64,000 nt of DNA from Felis catus (lineage: Eukaryota): the NCBI RefSeq assembly GCF_018350175.1, contig NC_058368.1, forward strand, positions 18,352,001 to 18,416,000, in the 5' to 3' direction. Under the pieces are notes generated by a model. That model had not been told where the DNA came from. It did no database searches and saw only the letters and a list, made by a program, of their open reading frames with translations. Both the position numbers and the translations under genes were made by a program. This document shows positions 1 through 12,133 of the stretch, in pieces. Numbering within the stretch: the stretch's first letter is position 1; each line of letters begins with the position of its first letter.

Positions 1-107
1 GCTGGCCAACAGGAAATGCAGCATAAGGGCAAAATGAAAGTTCTAGTTATTAAATATGGGGAGATCAGTGGCAGTGAAGGGATGGAAACGTTTTTAAAAA
101 AAGACTC

Positions 108-330
108 GGGGCGCCTGGGTGGCGCAGTCGGTTAAGCGTCCAACTTCAGCCAGGTCACGATCTCGCGGTCCGTGAGTTTGAGCCCCGCGTCAGGCTCTGG
201 GCTGATGGCTCGGAGCCTGGAGCCTGTTTCCGATTCTGTGTCCCCCTCTCTCTCTGCCCCTCCCCCGTTCATGCTCTGTCTCTCTCTGTCCCAAAAATAA
301 ATAAACGTTGAAAAAAAAAATTAAAAAAAA
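108..330 (+). mobile_element. Can-SINE, young felid SINEC_Fc-type, full length
   Basis: Head GGGGCGCCTGGGTGGCGCAGTCGGTTAAGCG with A box, B box GAGTTTGAGCC, (CT)-rich region and AATAAA/A tail. TSD AAAAAAAGACTC on both sides (ends at 107 and 335). Confidence 0.97.
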
Positions 331-779
331 GACTCAATGTCTACATTGTCTTCTTAGTTGTCAAATTTGCCATAGAGACTTAAGAATAAGTAAGAAATTT
401 CCCTTAAAACGGTCATTTTGGAAAATAGCTGCCGTTCTTCTTCCGGCTGCTGTCACTCGTGCTTCCCCCTTTCTCCCCGGGACCCGGTACATAGTTCATA
501 GTTCTCGTGGAACAGCTGACTCCTCCACATTTCGATCCCAAGCCTGGGCAATAGATATGCCCCCATTACCCAGGGGTTTCTGTCAGAAGAGGGGCCTCTG
601 GGCGATTGTGGCCGGACACGAACCCCACTTCCGATGCTCTGGAGCAGGTACGGTTCTGCCCCATCCTCTCCAATCATCCTCTTCTGCGCCCTCACTGCCC
701 CTCACAACTTGGCAGCGCGTTGGCAGGTCGCTGGCCAGGAGCCTGTATTCCGCACACGGGTCCTGTCACTATAATAACC

Positions 780-900
780 ATATTTTCTCTTGCGGTGAAG
801 AGTAATTGAATTAAATTGGGCAGCATTTGATCCTGCCCATACTAATTGCCTGATCCAATTGAGGCCTCTGTGAGGTCATGGGCAGAAACGAGTGGAGCAA
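780..900. promoter_or_regulatory. Candidate enhancer with paired-class homeodomain dimer site
   Basis: TAATTGAATTA (P3 site) at 803-813, CTAATTG at 842 and TGATCCAATTG at 851, in unique sequence. Confidence 0.35.
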
Positions 901-1185
901 TCAGACAGATGTCCTTGTCCCGCAGGCCTGGCCGTCATGTTTTTCTTATTCCTGTGCACGCCCTGGAGACCCTTCTCCTTCATGGGGAACCCTCTGGAGG
1001 GTGATGGGGTTCATTGGGCTGGGGAGCAGACCAGGAGAAGCCCCGGGCATGTGGGGAACACAGGAGAGCTGGCAGGGAGCAAAGTTTGACTGATGTCCCA
1101 ACATATGGGCATGCAGATGTTTAAACAGGAGTGGACAGAGGCACAGGCTCTTGGTGACATCTATAAATATGGGCTCAACAAACAC

Positions 1186-1209
1186 TGTGTGTGTGTGTGT
1201 GTGTGTGTG
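1186..1209. repeat. (TG)12 microsatellite
   Basis: Read directly from the sequence. Confidence 0.95.
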
Positions 1210-1571
1210 AGGGAGAGGGGGGTGGTGGGGGCAGGTGGGGATCGGCCAGTGGGAATTACAAGTTTTGCTCTGGTAACATCTCAAACTGTTCGCTGTTTAA
1301 AAGTCACTTGTCTTTGGCAAACGAGCAGTTCCTGTAGTCTTTATCAAGAGTAAATTATGTGGGTATGTTGCTTATCTAAAAGTAAATAAGAAACACAGAT
1401 GACTGCCTTTAAATGTCTGATGAGCTCTATTTTGCCTTCTTTCTGCAGATAAAATTAAATATCAGCATCAACCTCGAAATTTACCAGCAGGATGCACAAA
1501 GGGATGGCTGGAGGGGCAAATGGGAGCGAGTCTGGGGGGTGGGGTTATGCCTTTAAAAAGGTCTGTCTCCA

Positions 1572-1783
1572 GGGGCACCTGGGTGGTTCAGTCGGTTAAG
1601 CATCTGACTCTCGATTTCCGCTCAGGTCGCGATCTCGCAGTTCATGAGCTCGAGCCCCACGCCAGGCTCTGCGCTGACAGCACGGATCCCATGGATTCTC
1701 TGTCTCCCTCTCTCTCTGCCCCTCCCCTGCTCTCTCTCTCTCTTTCTCTCAAAAATGAATAGACATTTAAAAAATATTAAAAG
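1572..1783 (+). mobile_element. Can-SINE (older subfamily)
   Basis: GGGGCACCTGGGTGGTTCAGTCGGTTAAGCATCTGACT head, CT tract, A-rich tail; degenerate TSD containing GTCTGTCTC. Confidence 0.93.
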
Positions 1784-3027
1784 AATGTCTGTCTCTGTCA
1801 TCCTTCCCCTGTCCTCACTGGCCACTTGATCCTGACATCACCGCTCACCTTTCAGACATGAAACTGAGTGACCTTTGCAAACACCTGACCCCGTCTCTCC
1901 CTCCATCTCAGAACCCTTGATGGCAAATGCGGAAACAGAACAGGTGCTCACGTGTGGAGGAGCCTAGAAATCCAGGTCTGCTTCTAAAACACTGATAAGG
2001 TTGACTTCCATCCCCAGAGGCGTGACCTCTGTCACTTCACTGAGCAGTCTCCCTTGTGGGTTGACCCCTGGTGAACCAGACAGCCGAGTGGGGAGGAGTA
2101 CTTCATTTTGACTCGTCACCCAGGGCCCGCCAGAAGGAAAAGGTGCTGAGATCTTGAGAACGATGAGCAGCAGTCACGCATAGGACTTAGGACGGCAAAA
2201 ATTATTGTCCTGTTCAGAAGCCCAGAGTAGATGCTCCCTGATTAGGTCTGTGCTCATCTTATTCCTCCAACAGGAGCTGACGGAGGGTCCCCTCCTTCAT
2301 CGATACTCTGAGGGTTCGGTCTGTGTGTGAGGATAAGGATCTGTGGGCCGAGTGAGAAAGGAAGTCCCAAACACCCAATAATTTCTAAATTATGGGTTAT
2401 GACACATTAATGACTCCCCGGATGGGGAAAGTTTCCATTGGGGTGTATGATTCAGCCTCCTAAGAGAGCCCAGTGCCTTCAGTATGCACCGACTTGGTTC
2501 TCGACCCACTAATCCTCCAGAGTCCAACCAACTCCTTCCAAGCGAGAGTTCCTCCCAAAATGTATGATGAATCACCGTTGCATTTTACATTGCTGTTAAA
2601 GTAAATGAAAAGTTGGTTACATGGGAGCGAAGTCGAGTAGGTACATGATGTGGTCAAGGAGTTCTCACGGTACACACTGGCGTCGCATAATCAGATCACC
2701 GGGGCCCGCCAACTGGCACTTTCTCCGTCTCCTTCACATGCTTCCCTACCTGTCTTCCCACTCCATACACCGTGCTCCCCGGGCTTATTAACCGCTGTGG
2801 AGGGTCGTGGTTACCATACGCGCACCCTGGACCAAATCCAGATGTTTGGTCGCTACTCGACAAACATCAATAGAGAACCTACTGTGTGGCAGGCTCGGGG
2901 CTGGGTGCCGGGCGGAGGGAAATGCATAAAACGTGGTGTCGGCTGTCGGGTCTCACATATACTTTGGCATCCAGATACTTGCGGAATTTTTCACTGAAAT
3001 TGACAGTAATAATAATAGTAATAACGA

Positions 3028-3249
3028 TTTTTATTTTACTTATTTTTAAGTGTTTGTTTACTTTTGAGAGAGAGAGAGAGAGCTTAAGCATGAGTCGGGG
3101 AGAAGCAGAGGGAGACAGAGAATCCCAAGCAGTCTCCACGCTGTCAGCGCAGAGCCCAATGTGGGGCTCCATCCCATGAACCGTGAGATCATGACTTGAG
3201 CCAAGATCAAGAGTCGGACGCTTAACCGACTGAGCCACCCAGGCGCCCC
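3028..3249 (-). mobile_element. Can-SINE
   Basis: Reverse complement of the Can-SINE head at the right end (CTTAACCGACTGAGCCACCCAGGCGCCCC); (GA)n and T-rich tail at the left. Confidence 0.95.
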
Positions 3250-3759
3250 AATAATTAAAAAAAATTCTACTCATATGTTTTGCGAAGCCACCAGCCTACT
3301 TCATGGCAACTGCTCAGTACAAGACATTTCCCGGCTCACCAGGGTGCACACGCATGGCCTTGCTCACTCGTGTGCCCGGTGAGGCTCAGGTGCGTGTTCT
3401 CATCCCAGTCTGACAGCCAAGCAGTGACAAGTGGACACGGACCAGGTCGCACATGCTACTGTGTTTTACACCATTTTAGTCCCGATCCTAGGGTCGCACT
3501 GCTTTCCATCTGACTTTTACGGTAAGAAATGTAAGATGTTGGGAGATAATAATTTAGATTTGAACTAAAAATGTCTTACTGCCTCTCTCTTGAGCTTCCA
3601 AATTAGTAGAGGACCCCAAGATTGCAAATTGAGTTCTTTTTTTTTAAAAAAAAAAAAAGCTACCTTTTGCAACTAGTTCCCTGAGCGAATCCGTTTTCTC
3701 AGTACTGTGTAATTAGAACAAATATATGTATATTCCCTCCTCAGCCTTATACCCTTTCC

Positions 3760-4130
3760 TACTCGCCTCCCACACACCGGCACCCGATGTGCGAATTCAC
3801 CTGCTCTTCCTCCATTTGGGCCTTTGCTTAAACATGCTGTGTCCTCCATTGGAATGCCTTTTCCCTCTTCACCTTCTGTGGAACCTCACTTCCGGGCGGC
3901 CATCCTGACTCCTCCAGGGCGAGGTAGGAGGCTGCACGTTCCCGTATCCGTGTTCCCGCAGAAATGCTCTCCCAGCACCTCCCTCATCGCGGCAGATTTT
4001 TTGTTTACACGTCTGAGCTCCTACTGGCGAAGAGCGGTAGTTTATTTATATTTGTTTGCCTGGTGGCCACCCGCTGCTGGCTCATCATATGGACTTAGTG
4101 AATGTGTGTTGAATGAATGAATGGACAGAT
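3760..4130 (+). mobile_element. L2 3' end
   Basis: GGCCTTTGCT...TGGAATGCC motifs; terminal TGTTGAATGAATGAATGGA. Confidence 0.75.
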
Positions 4131-4254
4131 GAGCAATTTAAATAAGAAGTCAGATTTAGTCCTTTCGGGAGGTAAGCGTTTACCTCTCTAAAGCGTCTAT
4201 GCTTCATAAGTCATGCCTCCTAAGCGTCAGGTACAGCTTTAACTATTTCTACGA

Positions 4255-4420
4255 ATTGCCTCATTGAATCCTCCTGAACCAGCTCCATGAGGTAGGCGGA
4301 ATAATTATGTTAATTTTTCAGATGAGGAAACAGAGGCGCAATGAGGTGATGTAACATGGCTAAGTTCCCACAGCCAGTGAAAGGCAAAGCTACGCCTGGA
4401 TCCCCTGAACCTGTATCCCC
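4255..4420 (-). mobile_element. MIR
   Basis: MIR core TTTTCAGATGAGGAAACAGAGGC; ATGAGGTAGG. Confidence 0.8.
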
Positions 4421-5137
4421 CCCCCCCCAGGATTCTTTCTCCCTACTCTTTACAGCGAGAAAGTTGACGCATTTGGACATATTGATGCAAATCAATGACG
4501 ACTATCCTCTAAAATAGACGCATTTGGGAACCGAGGAGGCCATTTTCCTCTATACCGGATCATCCCAGGGTGCGGCAAATTTTCAATACTGATTCCATGC
4601 TGTCTCCCGCCCTTGCCCTGTCATTGTGCTGCCATGAAGGCTTGCTTCTCGGCGTGCCTGTCTTTGGAAAGGCGAGGGGGAGAAAAGGAAGAGACATGAG
4701 CTCTGAGGCCAGAACCCTGAATGTGAAGACAGACTTGATCACTTACTGGCTGACCTTCTCTGAACCTGTTTCATCATCCTTAAAATTGAGTCCGTAACCA
4801 GTGTCGCGTTGGTTGCTATTGGTGTTTGTTAAGACTAAAATAAATATGTAGTGTGTTCACTGGCTTTCTTCGCGTGCTAATTCCTTGATTCTAACGTGCT
4901 ATAGGGTTTGAAAACTAAGCTTGTTAGAATCGGGCCTTAAAACAGCACGAATGAGGTCCCGATGCGGCGTTCTCCGAATAAAAAGCACATTCGGCTTTAG
5001 GACGCGTCTTTTCCTAACGGTGACTTTGGCGGCACTGGCGTCTTCTTCACTTTCCTCCTCTTCCTGTCCACCTTCCCCAGGGACCAGGCTGGGTTCCGGA
5101 TAAGTGAGGGCTCTTGGCAGCCATCAGGCTTACGTGG

Positions 5138-5157
5138 CTCACCGCTTGGTGGCAGCA
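5138..5157 (+). promoter_or_regulatory. Candidate CTCF site
   Basis: CCGCTTGGTGGCAG at 5142-5155 matches the CCGCNNGGNGGCAG CTCF core exactly; motif match only. Confidence 0.45.
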
Positions 5158-6239
5158 GTCCACACCTCCTTCGGCCCTCCTCTTTTATGTAAGCGGAGCT
5201 CTTCTTAGGGGCCAGTCTCCACTTCTCAATCTCCTCCATTGCTTTTGCCGTAAATGCGGGGTGACACTTTTCAGGCGGTAGCAAATATTGTTTGTGCGTG
5301 TTTTTGTGCACTCGTTTAGGACGACGAGGAGCTCGGCCAAAGCCAAACTAAGCACATTTCATCAGACCATTTTCACTGGGAGGTTTTCCTTACACAAAAT
5401 TATCTGCAATTAAAAACGTAGAGAAATTTTCTCAGTGTGACACAGCCTTTTAAAAGATAGGGACAAAACCCTTATGGAAAAAAGCAATTTGTAATGCCAG
5501 TAATTTTCTACCTCTGTCCTGCTATTATTAAGGAGAGCGGTTTTAAAAGGAACTCTTTGCTCCCGTCTGCCCGCTCAGGCTGCGGGCTCACATAATGGCC
5601 TGTGTCTAACTTCGGTCCATTGCCATGGGAGTAATTACACCACACACTCAAAAGGGCGATTTGCTACAGAATCAAAGAAGCAGCAGTCGGGTTCAAAATG
5701 AAAAACAATCTCTATACACGTGAGGGGAAGGAGCGTGATGAGGTAGAGAGCATCCAGGGAGCACTGCTTTATGTGGGAGAGTGCCGTGAACAAAAGTTTT
5801 GACATAGGACATCAGAATAAGACAAGAGCATACGTGAAATCAGTGAAATCCTTTTCCCGAGGCCCCCTCTCCTTCTCCCACATTTTTCTATCACAGCACG
5901 TGGTTGGATGGTCCCAAATAAATAGCTCTTTACAGCTGTTGGGATATTTCCTGTACCAAGCATTCCATGCTTTGTAAACTCTCGGGAAAGAATCACAGAC
6001 TCCACGGTTGTGCGTGTGACCTGGGAGTTCATCTTGTCCCATTCCTCCGTCATCACAAAGGTCCAAAACGAAACTTTCCCAAGGAGATCAAAATCTACAC
6101 TGGAAATACCATGAAATTATTTTCTTGAGGCCAAGGACCAAGGACAGGGCCAAGGACAAAGGACAAGGCCCAAGTTCCCTTAGTTCCCTTAGTGTAAAGG
6201 GTCATAGTTCTCGTCAAGGAAGGGACGTGGGACCCAGAG

Positions 6240-6420
6240 GTGGCAGACCCTGGTGAAAAGTCTGGGCTCTGGACTTATCAATTCCACAAGCTGGACAAGT
6301 CACGTGACGCCTCTATGCTTGGGTTGCTTCAAAGACAGAGAACATAATCTATGTCCAGTGATCAAGTGACAAAATGGATGGGAGAGCGCTTTGTAAACTG
6401 GACAGTGTTATTCAAATGTC
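6240..6420 (+). mobile_element. MIR (diverged)
   Basis: GGGCTCTGG...GGACAAGTCAC...GAGAGCGCTTTGTAAACTG. Confidence 0.55.
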
Positions 6421-6799
6421 ACTTATTAGAGTTTTGCTCACTCTGTTTCTCCTGCAGTGAGTTAAGAATCCAATCCTCTACCACTGAAATGCAAAAGAAC
6501 TGACATCCGCAGGGAAGGGGTACACTTCTAACTACACACACACATACCACCAGGCTCAGCAGCCTGGAAGGAAGTGTGACCTGAGGACGAAGAGGGAACA
6601 TAAAACCCATAAATAAGTGGCAACTTCCTGCTTCCTTCCAAGAAGTGGCTCTGTGTATTTGCCAGGGCCCAGCCTCGATCTAGGGCTATAGTTGTTGGGG
6701 GGGGGGGGCAGTGACAGGGGACTTGGATTTGGCCACCGTCTTGCAGGGCAACTCTAGGTTATTTATTCACTTGTCTCGTTACTCATTCAAAATAAATAG

Positions 6800-7180
6800 C
6801 GACTAGAGATACAGGGTCTTGAGCCAGGCAGCCCGGGTTCAACTCTTGGTTCCACCAATGACTTGAGAGGTTACTTTGGGATAAATACAAATACCAGCCA
6901 GTATTTATTGAGCATTCAGGTACGCTAGCATTATTGTATGTGTATCAACTCAGGTGATCTTTGCAGCAACACCATGAGGTTACCCTGTTATTATTCCTTA
7001 TATTCCAGGTGATAAAACCAGGGCCAAGGTGCCCTTGGTCACTCAGCTGGCGAGTGGCAGGCTCACACGCTCATCATTCATGCCTAACTCCCCTTAAAGA
7101 AATGTGTCCATGTATGTGGAGTGCTTAAAGTAGTATCTGCCACTCAGTAAAAGCACTCAATGATAGCTATTATTTATTGT
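6800..7180. mobile_element. Nested MIRs: + strand MIR interrupted by a - strand MIR (about 6897-7060)
   Basis: Forward head GAGCCAGGCAGCCCGGGTTCAA; reverse copy TATTTATTGAGCA...GCAACACCATGAGG; forward 3' end GCACTCAATGATAGCTATTATT. Confidence 0.6.
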
Positions 7181-8089
7181 GTATTTCCTATGTATTGTCT
7201 ATACACCAGTCGCCCTGCTAGATGCACGCAGGATACACAATCTCCCCAGCCCCACCCCGTAAAGATCACAAATAATAATACCTGCTCTATTTACCGCCCC
7301 CCCCACCGCGATTATTCTGAGGACCAAGTCATAAAGGCAGTGTATGCAGATGTAGGCGTGCTTTTGAAAGTGAAAAGCAGGTACATTTGGAAGGCAGACT
7401 TAGCCTTAGTTTAGTTTAGCCGACTCTGACATAGCGTCCTCGTAAAAGGAAAAACTTAATCCAAGAGATGCATTATAATAATCTTCTTGTGGGAATAAAC
7501 ATCATCTGGTGCTATGGCAAGTGTCTAGAATTCCATTTGCCAAAATAACTGATGTGATTTTGTAGTTCCTAGAGTGTCACGTTGACTCCAGCCCTGTTGT
7601 CCTCACTCTGTGCTTGTTTATTTTCCTCCAGAGTAGGACACTTAAAGCCATCTGAAATGTCTGTTTTCTTTTCCAGGACCGGTTGGCCCTCTACCAGAAT
7701 ATCGGAGAACTGATCTTTCTAAACCCTCAGTCAACATACGCTTATTGAACGTGTACTCTTCGTAAAGCACGATACTAAGGACTCTATCTGTTAATGCTTT
7801 CCTCAATTTTGTCTACAGTTCTGGGTTAGTCCTGTTGTAATTTTTGTATTACAAGGATCAGAGAAACCAACCGGAGAAACAAATGCAACAGGGGCTCATT
7901 CTCCTTCCGTGTCTCATGGCAGAAAATTGAGCCTAATGTAATTTGGGAAAATGTGGAAGAGCACCAGGCTTCTTTTTGCCCAAAAGGCAAATTTCTCTCA
8001 GGAAGATGGAATCACATACACGATGTTAACCTCATTTTAACAGAAATTTCTTGACCACCTACTCTGATCGAAGTTCCAGGATATAATAC

Positions 8090-8360
8090 TTAAACCCGCC
8101 GTGTTACCTTGCACAAGTTACTTAACCTTTCTGGACCTCAGTATATTTATCTATAAAATGGGGGCGGGGGGAGGACTCCTCATGAAGCACTTGGAAAGTA
8201 TTTATTCCTTCATTTAATCCTCTCAAAAATCCCGTGAAAGTAGATGTTGCTGATCCCTGTCACGTGTGATAAAACCGAAGCTTAGCGCCCTGAACAAAGC
8301 AGAATGCCTAAGTTCTCACAGTTGGGGGACAGCAGTGAAAAGACTCAAATGCACATTCTT
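8090..8360. mobile_element. Two opposed MIR fragments
   Basis: + core CAAGTTACTTAACCTTTCTGGACCTCAGT...CTATAAAATGGG, then - copy CATTTAATCCTCTCAAAAATCCCGTGA. Confidence 0.7.
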
Positions 8361-10306
8361 CATTTGCAGATCCTGTGTTCTTTTCCCTGGACCAAAGGGC
8401 CGAGCCAAGGAAGGCTTGTCATCGGAGAATTCGAAAGCCTAAACAATCAGTGCCAGATTTTATTACTGTTCAACTCAATTGTCCTTATCCCAGTTATTTG
8501 GACACTCTGGCCCCAGAATTTCTTGGTATCTGCGTTTGCAGTTCAGTACTCAGAGAACTTCTCATAAACAGTTTCAAAATACAAGTGCTCTATTTCAAAG
8601 GTAAGCAAAGCCAAGTTGACTTTAAAGTCAGAGGGTTCCGTTCTCCCTGCTCCATGACCCGCTTTGCATGTTAGAGGTCAGGTTTTCCCAGTGATAAGGG
8701 GGACTTAACTAGGAAGTTCTCAAAGCAGGAAAGCTGAGCCTGAGTGCCCCAGAGGTCATCGGTGGGGAGACGGCCTTGAGGGGAGGGCTTTATCTAGGTG
8801 GACTTGCTACCCGGAGTCGGGCAGGAGCAAATGCGTGCTATTTCTGCCAAAGGTTACGTGCCAAGAGGAGCAGCTGACATCATTGGGAGCGCCTCTGATG
8901 ACGGCACACGCAGTGAAGAAATGATACCGATGTCTAGGTAGTGAGTGACATGGAGAGACTCCCTTTGGGAAGCGTGTGGGTTTTAGTGCCTTAAGGTTCA
9001 GGATATAGTCTTCTGCGGCTACAATATTCTCTCCATCTCCTTCTCCTTCCCCCCTTCCTCCTCTTCCTCCATATTACCCATTCTCTCACTGAACAGTAAT
9101 CAGCCCACTTAATTCAATGCGCTGAACTTAAAGCCCATTCTGTCCTATGTTGTCATGTTTTTTTATTTCACTAGAACCTTGTAAGATGGGCCTCACACCA
9201 AGCCCTACCGGGTTCCACTCAAGGTGATGTGCATATATTTTTCTACCCCTGCTTACTATACTCACTCTTAGAAATGGAATTCTTAGGTCCTGTTCTTTGT
9301 GCCTGTCCCAGCGAGAGGCTCCAGGTAGGTAAGCGCATTGGAAGGGCCTCGGGAGACGAATCTGGGATCGATACCTAATGAAGTTAGAATAAATCGTCAT
9401 ATTCAATGGCAAGAGGCATTTGTTAGAGTCCCTAAAAGAAAATTATCCCAACACAGTAAATCAGGGCACTCGTGTTTGTTTTGTTTTTAAAAACCATGAA
9501 GCGTCCACCCCACCCTCACCCCCACTCCCCAGCAGAATGAAACAGGAAACAGAGCAAAATGATGGCTCTCGATCCAGCCACTTTCCAGTCTTCCTTCTAG
9601 GGGCCCTCCTGAGAGGAAGGAGGCCAGTCTGGAGTCAGAAGTACAGGGTCTGCTCCTAAGCCCAGCTCCTCCCGAGCCCAGCCAGGCACTCCCGGACCCC
9701 TCTCCTGCCCTCAGGAAGAAGGTGTCAGCCTGTCCCCGGGGCTGCTGGCCTCGCCTCTGAAGAGGAAGGACACTTCATTGTCCACATGCTCGTGTTATGT
9801 TAACAGGTTTCCCAGAAGCTAAGGTGAAGGTCTGGGTCTGGAGGCCCAGCCCATCTCCTTCTGTGCTCAGAGACGACAGGCCATAATTCCCTGTATGACA
9901 GGGTGGTGTAAACTTGGCGGCCATTACCGTATCCGCCCTCTGCCTCCTTGGCTAAATGCAATTCTTAGAGCCTTACCTGAGAGCCTTCTTTGCTAATCTC
10001 AGTGGCTCACCTCTGAGTACCCCCCAGGGAATTTTCTCTTCTGTGCTGATGCAGGTCAGGTTTGCAGAACCCAAATTCAGCGAAGGATTAAGTAATTTTC
10101 CACATTGGCTGCCTTTTGTGCTTAAATTCAGCCCAAAATTGCTTAATTCTCTGCTCTACTCTGACCACATAGATTTTAGCCTAAAATTCCTGAAATCATA
10201 AAAGAATCCCCAGGATCCCTTAACTTCATTCCATCCACCCTCAGCGTTAGTGCAGTGCTGTATCTGCAACTAGAAAGAGAAAAAGGATCTGCTTATATAA
10301 CTGGGG

Positions 10307-10308
<2 letters not shown>

Positions 10309-10350
<42 letters not shown>
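10309..10350. repeat. (GA)21 microsatellite
   Basis: Read directly from the sequence. Confidence 0.95.
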
Positions 10351-10352
<2 letters not shown>

Positions 10353-10519
10353 CTTTCATGACTGCAGCAAAGTATAAACTGTATTATGCCATCACTGGAT
10401 TTAGTATGCGAAGCTAGTGTCATTTTATAAAAAGAGCTCAGAACTGACAGACAGGAAGCCTGGATTCTAGTGTTGTTCCTGCCACTTGAAAAGTAAAGGA
10501 TTCTTAGCCTTTTCTTTCC

Positions 10520-10543
10520 TTTTTTTTTTTTTTTTTTTTTTTT
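10520..10543. repeat. poly(T)24
   Basis: Read directly from the sequence. Confidence 0.95.
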
Positions 10544-11421
10544 CCTTCGTGGATCCCTTTGAAGACCTGCTCAGTGCTTTGGAACCTTAACCATGTACGT
10601 ACGGAATTTGAGGGAACAGATAACAGAGCCTGCCTCTCAGGGTAATACATCCTCCCCAGTCTATTTCTGCAGACTTTTCCGGCACTCACACCCACAGAGT
10701 CCGCTGATCCTGCCTGAGGACGGAAACAATCTAGCAGGTTATATTTTTAATGTTCAGAATGCTAATTGTTCCATGCAGCCTGGAGAGTGAAAACAGAAGA
10801 GCGTTGAGAAGTTTCAAGAAGTGGTAGGGTAGCTCTGTCTTGTCCTCGGTTTTCATAAAATGCTAAAATTATCCCTAGCTCTTCAGAGCGTTGTTCACGG
10901 TTCCATATGGTTTATATCCTAGCAATCTAGCAATTCATCAATCTGTTTACATACTGATGTTATACTTAGATTGATATTTAACTCTCCTCAAAATCGCTGC
11001 CTGGTGAAAGATTTATAAATGACTGCTTTGCAGTAATAGAATAGATATGCACTAAATGGAAAATAGTAATCATTTGGTTGCACATCATGGTCTTTTTTTA
11101 TTTACACATACGTAACCGCACATTTATACACACGCGCGGAGAGCTGGCTGTGTCAGAGCCCCCGACATTGTAAGTGTGCCAAACACCGAATGTCGATTTG
11201 TGATGCAGCAGCTAAATTTCTGGATATAAATAGCCTCAGATAAAAAATGCATCTAAAGTAAATATAGAGCTACTGGCACGCACATAAAAAGTGTGCAGTT
11301 AACTTACCACTCCCTTTTTCAACTTGTTTTTATTTCATGGTATATGTCACAGTGGTATTTAAAATCTGTCTGGAGACCACAACAGTGCATGAAATAAATA
11401 GCCTTTTTTTCCCCTACTCCT

Positions 11422-11640
11422 AGAGTATCATAGACTCTTACGGTTGGAAAGGATTTAAAGGCTGTTCACCCTGGCCTCTAACCCAATACAGGCAACGCCT
11501 CTTTTATAACCTTGACAGATGGTTATATAAGCCTCTGCTTGAATACTCCTAGTGATGGAGAGCTCACCTCTGCATAGATTAAAATAACAGGAAGATCTTC
11601 CTTATATCAAGGCAGAGTAGGTTCCAGGTAATTTCCATGG
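11422..11640 (-). mobile_element. L3/CR1 LINE 3' end
   Basis: ATCATAGACTCTTACGGTTGGAAAGG and AGCCTCTGCTTGAATACTCCTAGTGATGGAGAGCTCACC match the reverse of the CR1/L3 3' consensus. Confidence 0.75.
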
Positions 11641-11649
11641 CAGATCTAA

Positions 11650-11960
11650 CACCAAATGTGTCTTCCTTCCTCTTCAAACTGGCTCATTCTTTGATGTTTC
11701 CCTTTCTAATTAATAGAACCACTGATCAACCGCTTAGAAACTAGGCCCCATACACCCCCCTTTCTTCCCATTCAGTTGGCTACCAAACCCAAATGAATCT
11801 GTCTTTGTCAAAGAGCCTTTTGGGTCTGCTGCCTTCCCTCCATCCTGAGGATTTTATCACCCGTTCTTGGATTACTGCAATAGCCAATAACGGATTTCCC
11901 TGCCTTTAATCTCACATTTATGGTCATCATCAAAATGGAATCAAGACTTCCCTCTGTAAA
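11650..11960 (+). mobile_element. L2 fragment
   Basis: Pyrimidine-rich L2 motifs such as TTGGATTACTGCAATAGCC. Confidence 0.6.
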
Positions 11961-12022
11961 ACCCTACCGTCAAGCCCTATAACAACACTAGAGGGGAGCA
12001 GGCTCTGGCTTTGCTCCCCAGT

Positions 12023-12133
12023 TGTATGCATGCATGTATGCATGTATCTGTGTGCATGTGTTTATGTATGTATGTGTGCACGTGCGCATGTATGTGTATA
12101 TGTGTGTGTATGCACACGTGTGTGTCTGTATGT
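12023..12133. repeat. Compound (TG/TA/CA) alternating purine-pyrimidine tract
   Basis: TGTATGCATGCATGTATG...GTGCACGTGCGCATGT... Confidence 0.9.

Noticed and set aside
108-200. tRNA-like sequences with A and B boxes at SINE heads
   Set aside because: They are tRNA-derived SINE promoters followed by CT and A tails, not tRNA genes.
6129-6193. Short repeats as a CRISPR-like array
   Set aside because: The units are about 7 bp with no unique spacers, in a eukaryotic context.
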